Part shown: one piece after another, positions 1-10,080 of the stretch
Numbering within the stretch: the first letter of the stretch is position 1
Layout: every line of letters starts with the position of its first letter
Translations under genes and position numbers: made by a program
Notes under the pieces: model-generated
The model's database searches: none
What the model was told of the DNA's origin: nothing
Seen by the model: only the letters and a program-made list of their open reading frames with translations
Source of the DNA: Nitrosopumilus sp.
GTDB lineage: Archaea; Thermoproteota; Nitrososphaeria; Nitrososphaerales; Nitrosopumilaceae
NCBI GenBank assembly: GCA_965197525.1
Contig: OZ240211.1
Span: 256,001 to 320,000, forward strand
Length of the DNA stretch: 64,000 bases
Direction of reading: 5' to 3'

Positions 1-197
1 TATCTGATTTTAAAACACTTAAACCCAAACTAAGATATTATTTAGAAAATTATTTTTTTGAACAAGAGATTGATACTATGAGTTCATTGTATGCAAATGA
101 CACTCACAGAATGAAAAATATGAGATTAAAGATACTTCAAGCCTTAAAGGATAGAAAAATGATTGATGATGTGGGAGAACTAATTGAAAAGTTATGA
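1..197 (+). CDS. 3' end of a hypothetical protein, truncated by the window edge
   Basis: Frame open from nt 3 (SDFKTLKPKLRYYLENYFFEQEID...DDVGELIEKL) to TGA at 195-197. Does not resemble a UreC C-terminus. Confidence 0.5.
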   Translation, partial: SDFKTLKPKLRYYLENYFFEQEIDTMSSLYANDTHRMKNMRLKILQALKDRKMIDDVGELIEKL

Positions 198-498
198 CTG
201 GTAGAAAAAAATGTATCATATGCGGTTGTTCAGATCACAAGTTGTTTGGATGCAATAGACACGTTTCCAAGAAATGCAGCTGTTATGCTAATACTAACTA
301 ATTTTGTATAGATCATACTCGTTTAGGCCCTGACCTTTCATGAAAGTTCAAACAACATTTACACTCTTTTTCAAGACATTCTGATTCATTATGATGCCCA
401 CAAATACCACACTCACAACTATTTGTCATATTCGCTAATGTTTTGCATAGAATATATTTTTTATAGTAATTTTTTATGAGTTCTAGCTTAAAATTTAG

Positions 499-810
499 TT
501 ATTTTCTTGATCTTGATTTTTTTAGAGGCTTTGTTTCTAACTCTTTTTTAATCTCTTCTGCCTTGTTTTCTACTGCATGTATGATTTTTTGAATAATGCC
601 ATCTAAGTCGTTATCTTCAGCCGCTGGCTCAATAGTACTTGCAATATCTTTAATTGTACTTGAGATCTCTGCGCTAATATTCTCAAAACTTTCAGGGTCT
701 TCATATGCTGCATTGTAGAGGTTTTTGAGGCTATTCACTTGATTAATTACTTGTTCGGTGAGTACGATCTTGTAGCTAGTACCATTTACACCAAACTCAC
801 TTAGACTCAT
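499..810 (-). CDS. hypothetical protein (103 aa)
   Basis: Clean ATG-started ORF with natural composition, acidic core and Lys/Arg-rich tail. Confidence 0.75.
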   Translation of the reverse strand: MSLSEFGVNGTSYKIVLTEQVINQVNSLKNLYNAAYEDPESFENISAEISSTIKDIASTIEPAAEDNDLDGIIQKIIHAVENKAEEIKKELETKPLKKSRSRK

Positions 811-864
811 TACTCATTTTTGCAATTCTTTTGTTTATATTTATTTGGGGAATTGTATACGTGA

Positions 865-1090
865 TGTAGGATCCTAAAAGTCGCATACCTCTCTACCTAA
901 CATCGTATTCTAGCCTGTTTGCTGGCCAATAACAGTTTCCTCTGCAGGGACATCTTATGGGAGAATGCCTATGTAGCGTCTCTTGATTATCCCAATCAAT
1001 AGGGCTGTGCACCCGATCGTCGTTGTACCCCTCCATGAATCGATATATGGAACCCATCGTCATCGACGATATATGAAACAGTCTACCCAC
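865..1090 (-). mobile_element. degenerate IS481-like (integrase-core) transposase C-terminal remnant with right end
   Basis: Translation contains YNDDRVHSPIDWDNQET, resembling the YNxxRPHxSL motif of rve transposases, with frameshifts. Terminus reads ...GGATCCTACA (TGT..ACA-type end). The last ~84 bp match 63607-63690 at about 80% by eye. Confidence 0.6.
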
Positions 1091-1286
1091 ATGACTGTCA
1101 TGCAGGATTCATACCTATCTGTCATAGTACATTCACAGCAGTTTAGCTACATCTCCATGTAGATAATCATTTGTGATACACCTGCACTATAACAAGAGTT
1201 CGTACTATCAAATAGTACATATCTCTAGGGCATATCCCAACAAACATACAAGAAGAAGTTATATCTCATTAGCAAAAAGTAACAAT

Positions 1287-1766
1287 ATGTTAAAATTTAC
1301 AGCGCCTGTAGACAATATTTACAATACTAAAAAAAATCATACCTATGACACATTAGAGCAACTACAATTACCACGCTCAGATCTAGATAAAAGAATCTTG
1401 AGAAAAAAAACTGATAATGGAACAGACATAGGCATACAACTTGATCCAGGTATAGCATTACATCATGGGGACATATTCAAAGATAACGATGTAGAAATTC
1501 TCATCACGCAATTACCGGAAAAAACATTGTCAATCAAGTGTATGTCTTTGGATAGACTAGATGTATTCGTGTTACTAGGTCATATAATTGGTAATAGACA
1601 TAGACCTATATCAATCCAGAATAATGTTGTAACATTCCCAATACAATCTGATACAGAAAAAACCACATTTGAAAAATTATTTCATGATGTTCTACCTTAT
1701 ATTGAGATGACAATCCAAGAACAGATCTTTCTGCCTCACCAAAGCGCTGATGTACATGGACATTAA
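1287..1766 (+). CDS. ureE: urease accessory protein UreE
   Basis: LPRSDLDKRILRKKTDNGTDIGI, GHIIGNRH and C-terminal HGH; first gene of the ureEFGD run. ATG 1287 preferred over the track start 1173. Confidence 0.9.
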   Translation: MLKFTAPVDNIYNTKKNHTYDTLEQLQLPRSDLDKRILRKKTDNGTDIGIQLDPGIALHHGDIFKDNDVEILITQLPEKTLSIKCMSLDRLDVFVLLGHIIGNRHRPISIQNNVVTFPIQSDTEKTTFEKLFHDVLPYIEMTIQEQIFLPHQSADVHGH

Positions 1767-2457
1767 TGATATCCGACAAGAACTAGGCGTATTACAGCTG
1801 TCTGACTCATTCTTCCCTACTGGACTTTATGCGACATCAAATGGACTAGAATCCATGTTTCTTCAAAAACAAATTGACAATGCTGGCGACGTTGCTGAAA
1901 TTATTAACATATGCCTAGCCCAACAAATAGGTCCAACTGATTGTATTGCACTATCAGAAACATATAACGCTATGACCAATTACGGCGATCAAAAAATTGT
2001 TCACATAGATAACGCATTGTTTGTTACAAAATCTATCAAAGATATACGAGATGCGTCGACCAGATCAGGCATTCAACTAATCAAATGTGTAGCAGAATTT
2101 GCCAGCGACAGTAAACCGTTGTCAGATTACTATAACAACATTCTACAGCGTAACGCGTATGGTATCTTTCCTGTCGCATTTGGCATATGTTGCAACAGCA
2201 TGCAAATCCCAAAGGAAAAGAGCATACTCATGCTATTATACGGTTTTACAGTTAGTATGGTAGGTGCTGCCATGAGACTAGGCTTGATTCAGCACATTGA
2301 AGGGCAAAAGATAATTCATGACATCAAACCTGTTATCGGCAAAACCATGCTTGAAAATATCGATAAACCATTGTCAGATATGGCACAATTTGCCCCCCAA
2401 ATGGACATCGTCCAAATGTCACATGAGCAGTTAGATTCTAAAATGTTTATTACGTAA
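1750..2457 (+). CDS. ureF: urease accessory protein UreF
   Basis: LQLSDSFFPTGLYATSNGLE N-terminus and C-terminal HEQLDSKMFIT. Confidence 0.93.
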   Translation: MYMDINDIRQELGVLQLSDSFFPTGLYATSNGLESMFLQKQIDNAGDVAEIINICLAQQIGPTDCIALSETYNAMTNYGDQKIVHIDNALFVTKSIKDIRDASTRSGIQLIKCVAEFASDSKPLSDYYNNILQRNAYGIFPVAFGICCNSMQIPKEKSILMLLYGFTVSMVGAAMRLGLIQHIEGQKIIHDIKPVIGKTMLENIDKPLSDMAQFAPQMDIVQMSHEQLDSKMFIT

Positions 2458-2475
2458 AATTACGTCTTTGATCAC

Positions 2476-3129
2476 ATGCACATTCCGAGAATTGGTATAG
2501 GGGGACCTGTCGGATCAGGCAAAAGCATGTTAATTGAACGTCTAGTTCCATTATTTGCAAAACATGGATATCATGTCAGTATAATCTCAAATGACGTAAT
2601 CTCCAAAGAGGATGCCGATAGAATGCGAACAAATCTTGCTATTAATAAAAAACTTTTGCCTGAAAATCTAGTCATTGGTCTGGCAACAGGTGGCTGCCCT
2701 CATACTGCAGTGCGAGAGGACCCTTCGATGAATCTTGCCGTAATAGAAGAACTCGAGTCACAGCATCCAAACCTCGATCTGATAATTATTGAGAGTGGCG
2801 GAGATAACATTACTACTACGTTTAGTCCAATTCTGGCCGATTATTCCATCTACATTATTGACGTTGCAGGAGGTGACAAATATCCTCGTAAAGGCGGATT
2901 AGGAATTCAAAACTGTGATCTACTGGTAATAAATAAGATTGACTTGGCCCCGCTAGTTGGAGCCAACATTGAAATTATGAGACAAGATGCGCAAAGGATT
3001 AGAGACGATAAACCATACGAATTTGTCAATTGTAAAACAGATCAGGGTATACCATCTATTGCGCAACACATTATACATGATGTACTTTTTGACAGTCTTC
3101 CTAAATCTGCAGGTATGGCCCGTGACTGA
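2476..3129 (+). CDS. ureG: urease accessory GTPase UreG
   Basis: P-loop GPVGSGKS, GGCPH metal site, ESGGDN, NKID. Confidence 0.96.
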   Translation: MHIPRIGIGGPVGSGKSMLIERLVPLFAKHGYHVSIISNDVISKEDADRMRTNLAINKKLLPENLVIGLATGGCPHTAVREDPSMNLAVIEELESQHPNLDLIIIESGGDNITTTFSPILADYSIYIIDVAGGDKYPRKGGLGIQNCDLLVINKIDLAPLVGANIEIMRQDAQRIRDDKPYEFVNCKTDQGIPSIAQHIIHDVLFDSLPKSAGMARD

Positions 3130-4075
3130 ACTACAGTATCCACAAACATCATCATCTGACACACCGCAAATCATGCAAATGTACAACGCGCCACTAAAAC
3201 AATTACAAGTCGGAAGAGCAGGAAAAGTAGGAATTCTTGATATCGAACTGTCACTAGACAAGGATGCAAACAAGACTGTTATCACAAAACAGTTCTTTCA
3301 AGTGCCACTACAGGTTCAACGCATACTACATCTGGAGAAATCCATACCTCAGATGGCATATTTGTACATGTTATCATCCTCAGGAGGAATTTTGCAAGGT
3401 GATCGATACAGCATCAATATTACCTTGAAAGATAATGCCATATCTCACGTAACGACACAAGGCGCAACTCGAATATATGGCATGAACGCAAATTATGCGT
3501 CTCAAACTCTAAACATTACTACACATCCGGGAAGCTATCTTGAATATATCCCAGATCAAATAATTCCATACAAGAATTCTAGATATCATCAAAGAGTAAA
3601 TCTTCAAGTGGATAACAGTTCTACACTAATTTATGCTGAGATTCTAACCCCTGGTCGCGTTGCTATGCATGAATTATTCGAGTACGACATATGTTATCTT
3701 CAAACTTACTGTCAAGATCAAAATCAAAGGATCAAATTTATGGAAAATGCAAAAATTCAGCCAAAGGATCAACTAGTAACTAAATTTGGAATATTAGGTA
3801 ACTACAAAACAGTCGGAACAGTCTACATTATGACTCTGAAAAAATATTTGGGCAAGCTCAAGGATATGATAAATCAGGACATAAAACAGATCTATGAGAA
3901 CAATACCCGCATATCCTTTGGAACATCTACTCTTCCAAACAACTCTGGTATTGTAATCCGTATTTTAGGAGACAAGACAGATGATATATCTGATATTATC
4001 ATTAGGGTGCTGCAGATCAGCAGAAAAGTCATTCTTAACTCGTCATCATTACCAATCAAAGTACGAAAGAGCTAA
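3122..4075 (+). CDS. ureD: urease accessory protein UreD
   Basis: SSGGILQGD and TTQGATRIY motifs. GTG 3122 overlapping the ureG stop is the likely start; the track gives 2987. Confidence 0.9.
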   Translation: MTELQYPQTSSSDTPQIMQMYNAPLKQLQVGRAGKVGILDIELSLDKDANKTVITKQFFQVPLQVQRILHLEKSIPQMAYLYMLSSSGGILQGDRYSINITLKDNAISHVTTQGATRIYGMNANYASQTLNITTHPGSYLEYIPDQIIPYKNSRYHQRVNLQVDNSSTLIYAEILTPGRVAMHELFEYDICYLQTYCQDQNQRIKFMENAKIQPKDQLVTKFGILGNYKTVGTVYIMTLKKYLGKLKDMINQDIKQIYENNTRISFGTSTLPNNSGIVIRILGDKTDDISDIIIRVLQISRKVILNSSSLPIKVRKS

Positions 4076-4198
4076 TAATAGTAAGTATGCTAGTTATTGT
4101 CACTGATCCTCAGATCACTTTCAGGCAAATCAATATTTTTTATTAATAAATAATTTTAATTCATAAAATTCTATCTGAAACATCTTCGTACCCTTACC

Positions 4199-4540
4199 AT
4201 GATTCAGATTACATTCTATATCCGCACAAGTCATACTACAAAAATAAAAATGATTCAATTCTCAAAGAATCATGAAAAAAATCTAAATACGCTATACGGA
4301 CGAGTCAAAGAATCCATGGCACGTAAAGAGAAAAGCAGTTTGGAGCAATTCCTGATGATCTGTTGCTTTTATCTAGTCAAGGAGATTAGGAAAAAAACCA
4401 TAACAAACACCATCAAAGACAAGCTTGTTGCAGAATGCTCAGAGCATCGCACAAAGCAATTTTTACAAGATATCAAAAATATGTCAATTGAAGCAAAGAT
4501 TGACAACATTCCAAAAAAGATACTGCACTTTACGCCTTAA
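4199..4540 (+). CDS. divergent urease gamma-subunit-like (UreA-like) protein
   Basis: 113 aa next to ureD; residue pattern (RVKESMARKEK..LEQFL..C.YLVKEIRK...IEAKIDN.PKKI.H.P) loosely follows the urease gamma fold. By-eye similarity only. Confidence 0.5.
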   Translation: MIQITFYIRTSHTTKIKMIQFSKNHEKNLNTLYGRVKESMARKEKSSLEQFLMICCFYLVKEIRKKTITNTIKDKLVAECSEHRTKQFLQDIKNMSIEAKIDNIPKKILHFTP

Positions 4541-6864
4541 TCTAACAGCACTACAGGTTTTGAGCATAGTTTGAGCACTTTATTTGTAGTACTGCCTAAA
4601 TCAGAAGCAGTCTTTCCTATGCCCTTTTTACCCATTATCACCATGTCTACATTGAGTTTCTCTGCCAACTCGGTAATCTTCTCTGGCGGATTGCCCAATT
4701 TGACAATGCGTTTGTAGTCATTTATCTGCTTTGGGACAACAACACTTCTAAGAATCAGCTTACCTTCTTCTTGAATATGCAATGACATCTCTTCATCGAT
4801 ATTCTCCTCGTCATCGTTACTCCATTCCATCACGTGCAACAGATAGATTCGTACGCGAGCCGCTCCTCTAAATAGATAGTTTGCGTGATATAACGCCTTC
4901 AGTGATCTTGCAGAACCATCAATCGGAACTAGAATCTTCATTATTGGCTGCTCATCTACGGGAACCGCCGGGTCTACACTTCTGTTCATCTCACTATCAA
5001 TTGATGCCTTGTGAAATATCTCCCCGATACTCTTCCTTGCCTCAATTAACGGCAAAAATATTACTATTCCAGCTGCCCCAAATGCCCAAATTATTGCAAG
5101 CCATATCCAAAGATGAAATGATTGCTCCTCAAAGACAAACTCTGTCAGATAAAATGACGCAGGCCATACGATAACCAAAAATATAGATATGGAGAATCCA
5201 GCCCGTTTGCAGAACTTGAGTGATCGTAATAGAAACTCTTCATTGGTATCTTTCTTTAACATGGAACGAACCTTGTCATCAACTAGCAGGATCTTTTGTT
5301 TCATGATCTCAAAATCAAAGTTTTCAGGTTTTACCATACTGCCAATCAGTGTAACTCCTAGACTTACAAGAATCGATACAAGATTTCCTACCAGTAATGG
5401 TATTAGATTTCCTGTACTAGCAAGGGTGATCTCACCGTATAGATAGTTTGCAGACCACAGCCAAGACGATATACCACATATCAACCCGACAATAGCGGCA
5501 CTAGTTGCAGCATATCTGTTAGTCTTTTTCCATAGTATGGCAAAAGAGATAGGGGCAACTGCTGATCCTATGAGGATGCCCATCATAAGATAGACATACT
5601 GCAAACTAAATCCTGAATGAAACAACAACGATGCCAACAGCCCCATGCCTATCCCAAATCCTAAGATGGTAAATCGTGAGATCTTTATCAATTGACGTCC
5701 AGTCGATGAGGGTTTCAGATACGTGCGAAAGACATCGTATGTGACAAGTGATGATACGCTGACTAGCTGTGATGAACCAGCTGCTGTAACTGCCGTAAAT
5801 ACTATTGTTAGTATTAGTATTGCCCCAAGGTCACCCATGAGGTTTGCTGCAGCAGTAGGCGCGACTAGTCCTAATCCTATCTCACTCTCAGTTAATGTGA
5901 CTCCGGTTGCCACTGCTGCCAATCCCAATGTTGTTGCAAGCGTGAACGGAATTGCAAACCATGCAAGACCGCCCAAAATAAACCCGCCAGTAGCTGCCTT
6001 TGGTCTTGAGGCAATTGCCCTTTGCCAATAAGACTGGTCAACGAATACTGTCCCAAAATTTCCAACGATATTGATAATTCCAAATATCAATGCACCCATC
6101 GATGCTAGTGTCAGATATGTCCCAAGTGTATTTCCTTCTACAGGATGCAGTATAGAGGCCTGTGTCAGCTTTTCATACATTCCAGCTATTCCGCCAATCT
6201 CAGGAGTTGCAAAATAGATTACAGTTACAAATACTAGTACCACTACAAAGATCAGTGTAACGTTTAGATACTCGGCAAAAAATGTCGCCTTTAATCCTCC
6301 AAATATGGTGTACACCACAATACCTACAGGAATCAAAAATGCTGCAAGCGTAATGTCTACTCCCGTAAGGGCATTTATCACCACTGCACCACCTAGCACA
6401 AGCATTGCAGTTACAATGGTATTAGTCATCAACGCAAAAAATAAAAAAACCTTGTGCGAATGCTTTCCGTATCTTACATTTATTATTTCAGGAAAAGTAT
6501 GTGTCATCGGAGCCTTTCTTTTTACCTCAATTGCAAGTATTGAAAATAAGATTACCTGTATGCTAGCGCCTGCAGCATACCAGAAAGAACCGCCTATGCC
6601 GTACTCAAAAGTTACTGTTGATGACTGTAGCAAAGTTGCAGCCCATGTCCATGCAGATACAATTGATGATGCGATTAACCCTGTCTTTATTGTACGTCCT
6701 GCAGTGTAAAACCACTCGGATGTCTTTTTTGTATACAGCCATTTTGTTTCAGCTTTTACCATTAATGTAACTGATAGCGCCATTATCAGTCCCACACCAA
6801 TTAGTACAATATATCCAATATTTTCTGATAGAATGGCACTCAATAGCAAATATGTAACGTTCAC
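4537..6864 (-). CDS. dur3: DUR3-type urea active transporter (SSS family) fused to a C-terminal universal stress protein domain
   Basis: SAWTWAATLLQSS and NFGTVFVDQSYWQRA motifs, many TM helices; C-terminal KILVPIDGS...GNP...DMVIMG..G is a Usp domain. Confidence 0.92.
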   Translation of the reverse strand: MNVTYLLLSAILSENIGYIVLIGVGLIMALSVTLMVKAETKWLYTKKTSEWFYTAGRTIKTGLIASSIVSAWTWAATLLQSSTVTFEYGIGGSFWYAAGASIQVILFSILAIEVKRKAPMTHTFPEIINVRYGKHSHKVFLFFALMTNTIVTAMLVLGGAVVINALTGVDITLAAFLIPVGIVVYTIFGGLKATFFAEYLNVTLIFVVVLVFVTVIYFATPEIGGIAGMYEKLTQASILHPVEGNTLGTYLTLASMGALIFGIINIVGNFGTVFVDQSYWQRAIASRPKAATGGFILGGLAWFAIPFTLATTLGLAAVATGVTLTESEIGLGLVAPTAAANLMGDLGAILILTIVFTAVTAAGSSQLVSVSSLVTYDVFRTYLKPSSTGRQLIKISRFTILGFGIGMGLLASLLFHSGFSLQYVYLMMGILIGSAVAPISFAILWKKTNRYAATSAAIVGLICGISSWLWSANYLYGEITLASTGNLIPLLVGNLVSILVSLGVTLIGSMVKPENFDFEIMKQKILLVDDKVRSMLKKDTNEEFLLRSLKFCKRAGFSISIFLVIVWPASFYLTEFVFEEQSFHLWIWLAIIWAFGAAGIVIFLPLIEARKSIGEIFHKASIDSEMNRSVDPAVPVDEQPIMKILVPIDGSARSLKALYHANYLFRGAARVRIYLLHVMEWSNDDEENIDEEMSLHIQEEGKLILRSVVVPKQINDYKRIVKLGNPPEKITELAEKLNVDMVIMGKKGIGKTASDLGSTTNKVLKLCSKPVVLLD

Positions 6865-7500
6865 GTATTAAAATACGATCAATCATATAACATGCCTGAG
6901 AATTTTATCTGGAATTATTACACCATATGGTATAAGCAGTAGTGTTGTCATGGCTGGTCTTGTATGTTATAACACATCTTTGTTTTTATCATATGACTAC
7001 AGTCCCGCATTCTAAATTTTATGATTTGATTATATCATTATATGAATTGTGGATATTAAATTCATGAAAACATAATTGTTTTTGATGTTTGTTTTAATTG
7101 AACTCTATATACATTTTTTATAATGTTATTAATTTTTAATAACACAAATTTGAATTTTATTGTACATTTTTTCAAACTTGACGATGACGTTTATGTGAAA
7201 TTGTTATTATTCATGCATGTTTTGATAGGTTGTCATCTTGTGTGCTAAATTATCATTTCTAAAAATATAACATTCAAGATGATATACATACAATACATTA
7301 AACAAATGTAGGTTTTGGTTATAAAAGAATATTATTATTGTATAACTGCTTGCATGTGGTAATGTAGTATAAATAGAATTAAACCTAGTACTATGCTTGA
7401 CTAGTTCTACATAATTCTCTATCTTTTGTATAAGGAGAGTTTGTATAGTTATTCCATATCTGCAATTGATTTTCATCATAAAGATAATGATGTAAAGGAT

Positions 7501-7650
7501 TCACTGCATCATTGTGTCAGTAGAGGTTACAAAAATTCTTGGGTTACTGCACTACATGTTTTAATAGTTAATCGTCTTGCCGACATCGACTAAATCGACA
7601 TCTTTGATCATACATTCTATTTTTTCTAGATTATCTAGTACGCAATACTC
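7501..7650 (-). pseudogene. possible highly degenerate P-II (GlnB/K-like) remnant
   Basis: Frame reads EYCVLDNLEKIECMIKDVDLVDVGKTINY*NM*CSNPRIFVTS, echoing P-II KIE...TI...KIFV; two stops; lies between the two dur3 genes. Confidence 0.25.
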
Positions 7651-7779
7651 AAAATAATATAATTCATCCAACTACATGCTATTGTTGCCTACTCGATGTC
7701 AAAACAGCGAATTTTAAACATCACATATAACTAGACATAACTCGTCAAATGCTAAGTAATTTTCTAATAACCAGTCATT

Positions 7780-9813
7780 GTGGAGATAAGAAAATCCGTT
7801 CCGGTTGCTGCACTGTTTGTTATCTTTGTTACATTAATCGCCGCAGCTGGAGTTCTTCCACAGTCTGCATATGCTGCAGGTGAAATCTCTGAAGGTTTTG
7901 CAATAGGAGAGGCACTTCCAGAATGGATTGGTTGGGCAATAGTTGTCGGACTAGGTGCGGTATTTGCAGTAATCATCTCAGTAGAAGTAAAGATTGAGGA
8001 ACGATATCTTGGAGTCCATCAAACATCTGAGATGTTCAACACAGCAGGTAGAACCATCAAGACCGGTCTGACTGCTGCAGCCATAGTGTCTGCATGGACT
8101 TGGGCTGCTACTCTGTTACAATCCTCGACAGTAGCATACCAGTACGGTATCAGTGGTCCATTCTGGTATGCCGCAGGCGCATCAATTCAGGTCTTGTTAT
8201 TTGGTATTTTAGCTATAGAATTAAAACGAAAGGCGCCAAACGCGCACACTTTTCTTGAGATTATTCGTGCAAGGTTCGGTAACGGCTCGCACAAGGTATT
8301 CTTGGTATTTGCACTGATGACTAACATGATAGTGACTGCCATGCTCCTCCTAGGAGGCTCAGCTGTAGTAAACGGTCTGACCGGCATGGACATCTCCATG
8401 GCAGCATTCCTGATACCCATAGGCGTCATGATATACACGTTGGTAGGCGGTCTAAAAGCAACGTTTGTAGCCGATTACATGCATACCATAGTCATATTTG
8501 TAGTAATTCTAACGTTTGTAGCTGCAGTATACCTCAGTACCGACATTACAGGCGGCATAGAGGGAATGTATGAAAAGCTCGTAGCTGCAGCAGACCTGAG
8601 ACCGGTTGAGGGCAATGCCGCAGGTGCGTTCCTCACCATGGCATCCATCGGAGGTCTGATGTTTGGTATAATCAACATTGTAGGTAACTTTGGTACAGTA
8701 TTTGTAGATCAGGCGTACTGGCAGCGGGCCATAGCTGCAAAACCCTCCTCCACAGTAAAGGGATTTCTGCTAGGAGGGGCATGCTGGTTTGCAATTCCGT
8801 TCACTCTTGCAACTACCATGGGACTGACTGCGATAGCGCTTGATGTGGACCTTACCCCAGAACAGGTTCAGCTTGGTCTAGTAGTCCCTGCAGCAGCTAC
8901 TGCCCTTATGGGAGAGGTAGGCGCCATCATGGTTCTGACCATGCTATTCATGGCAGTAACATCAGCAGGCTCTGCTGAACTAATCGCAGTATCCTCGTTA
9001 ATTACGTATGATATCTACCGGACGTACAAAAACCCCGACGCATCAGGCAAACAGCTAGTAAAAGTCTCGCGTGCAACTATCGTGGGATTCGGCTTGGGTA
9101 TGGGAGGTCTTGCAGTACTACTACTCGGTCTGGGTCTAAGCCTGGGATTCGTCTATCTTGCTATGGGTATCTTAATTGGCTCAGCTGTCATCCCAATTGC
9201 CTTGACCATACTATGGAAGAGAACAAACCGCGTTGCAGCAACTGCAGGTGCAATAATCGGTTTGATGGTAGCTGTTACCACTTGGGTATCAGTTGCAGCA
9301 TCACTGCCAGAGTACGGAGGGGAGGTAACCCTGGCAAGTCTTGGCCACAACTTTTCCATGCTGTTTGGCAACGTTGCAGGCATTCTGACTGGCGGAGCAG
9401 TTGCAATATTTGGCAGCCTTGCATCCAAGACCACGTTTGACTGGAAGGATCTCAGAGAGAAGATCACACTAGTAGAGCTCAGCGCTGCAGCATCAGCTCA
9501 GGTAACAGAGAACGAAGAGACTCTCAAACGCGCATTCAAGTTCAGTCTCAAAGGCGGCGGTCTTATGACACTTGTACTAATCATAGCATGGCCAATGCCT
9601 TTGATTGCATCAAGTTACGTATTTGATCAATTCAGTTACGGTGCCTGGGTCGCAATATCTGTAGTCTGGGTTAGCGTGGCAGCAGGGTTTATCATATTCC
9701 TGCCAGTTATAGAGGCACGACACGGCATTGCGCAAGTAATTCGAGGGAATGGAGGAAATAGCAGCGACTCGGCATCCACTACGGCAGAAACTACGGGAAC
9801 AGAGAAGAAATAA
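7780..9813 (+). CDS. dur3: DUR3-type urea active transporter (SSS family), second paralogue
   Basis: SAWTWAATLLQSS, NFGTVFVDQAYWQRA; signal/TM-rich N-terminus; no Usp domain. Confidence 0.95.
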   Translation: MEIRKSVPVAALFVIFVTLIAAAGVLPQSAYAAGEISEGFAIGEALPEWIGWAIVVGLGAVFAVIISVEVKIEERYLGVHQTSEMFNTAGRTIKTGLTAAAIVSAWTWAATLLQSSTVAYQYGISGPFWYAAGASIQVLLFGILAIELKRKAPNAHTFLEIIRARFGNGSHKVFLVFALMTNMIVTAMLLLGGSAVVNGLTGMDISMAAFLIPIGVMIYTLVGGLKATFVADYMHTIVIFVVILTFVAAVYLSTDITGGIEGMYEKLVAAADLRPVEGNAAGAFLTMASIGGLMFGIINIVGNFGTVFVDQAYWQRAIAAKPSSTVKGFLLGGACWFAIPFTLATTMGLTAIALDVDLTPEQVQLGLVVPAAATALMGEVGAIMVLTMLFMAVTSAGSAELIAVSSLITYDIYRTYKNPDASGKQLVKVSRATIVGFGLGMGGLAVLLLGLGLSLGFVYLAMGILIGSAVIPIALTILWKRTNRVAATAGAIIGLMVAVTTWVSVAASLPEYGGEVTLASLGHNFSMLFGNVAGILTGGAVAIFGSLASKTTFDWKDLREKITLVELSAAASAQVTENEETLKRAFKFSLKGGGLMTLVLIIAWPMPLIASSYVFDQFSYGAWVAISVVWVSVAAGFIIFLPVIEARHGIAQVIRGNGGNSSDSASTTAETTGTEKK

Positions 9814-9886
9814 CACATCAAATGAACGTGAACATCTTACAAACCGTATTAAAGAATTAGATGAAGATACGCAGTCTATTCCAAAC

Positions 9887-9908
9887 TGAATGAATGAATG
9901 AATGAATG
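9887..9908. repeat. (TGAA)5.5 microsatellite
   Basis: tgaatgaatgaatgaatgaatg, ~75 bp downstream of the second dur3 stop. Confidence 0.9.
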
Positions 9909-10080
9909 TATGGTACAAGAAACCGATCCTATCAGTAAAGAAGATGCGTGCTTTGAATATGAAAAATGTAAAAAATAATTGGATAAAAAAGTGAATAAAA
10001 TTTTATGAAACAAAGATACGTGGTCTTGAAGAAGACGAATGAATAATCAATTATATATAAAAGTAAAATATCATAATAAT

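Noticed and set aside
7207-7479. Track ORFs 7207-7479, 25362-25598, 30343-30750 and 63744-63956
   Set aside because: No recognisable motifs, composition typical of AT-rich intergenic DNA; not called as genes.
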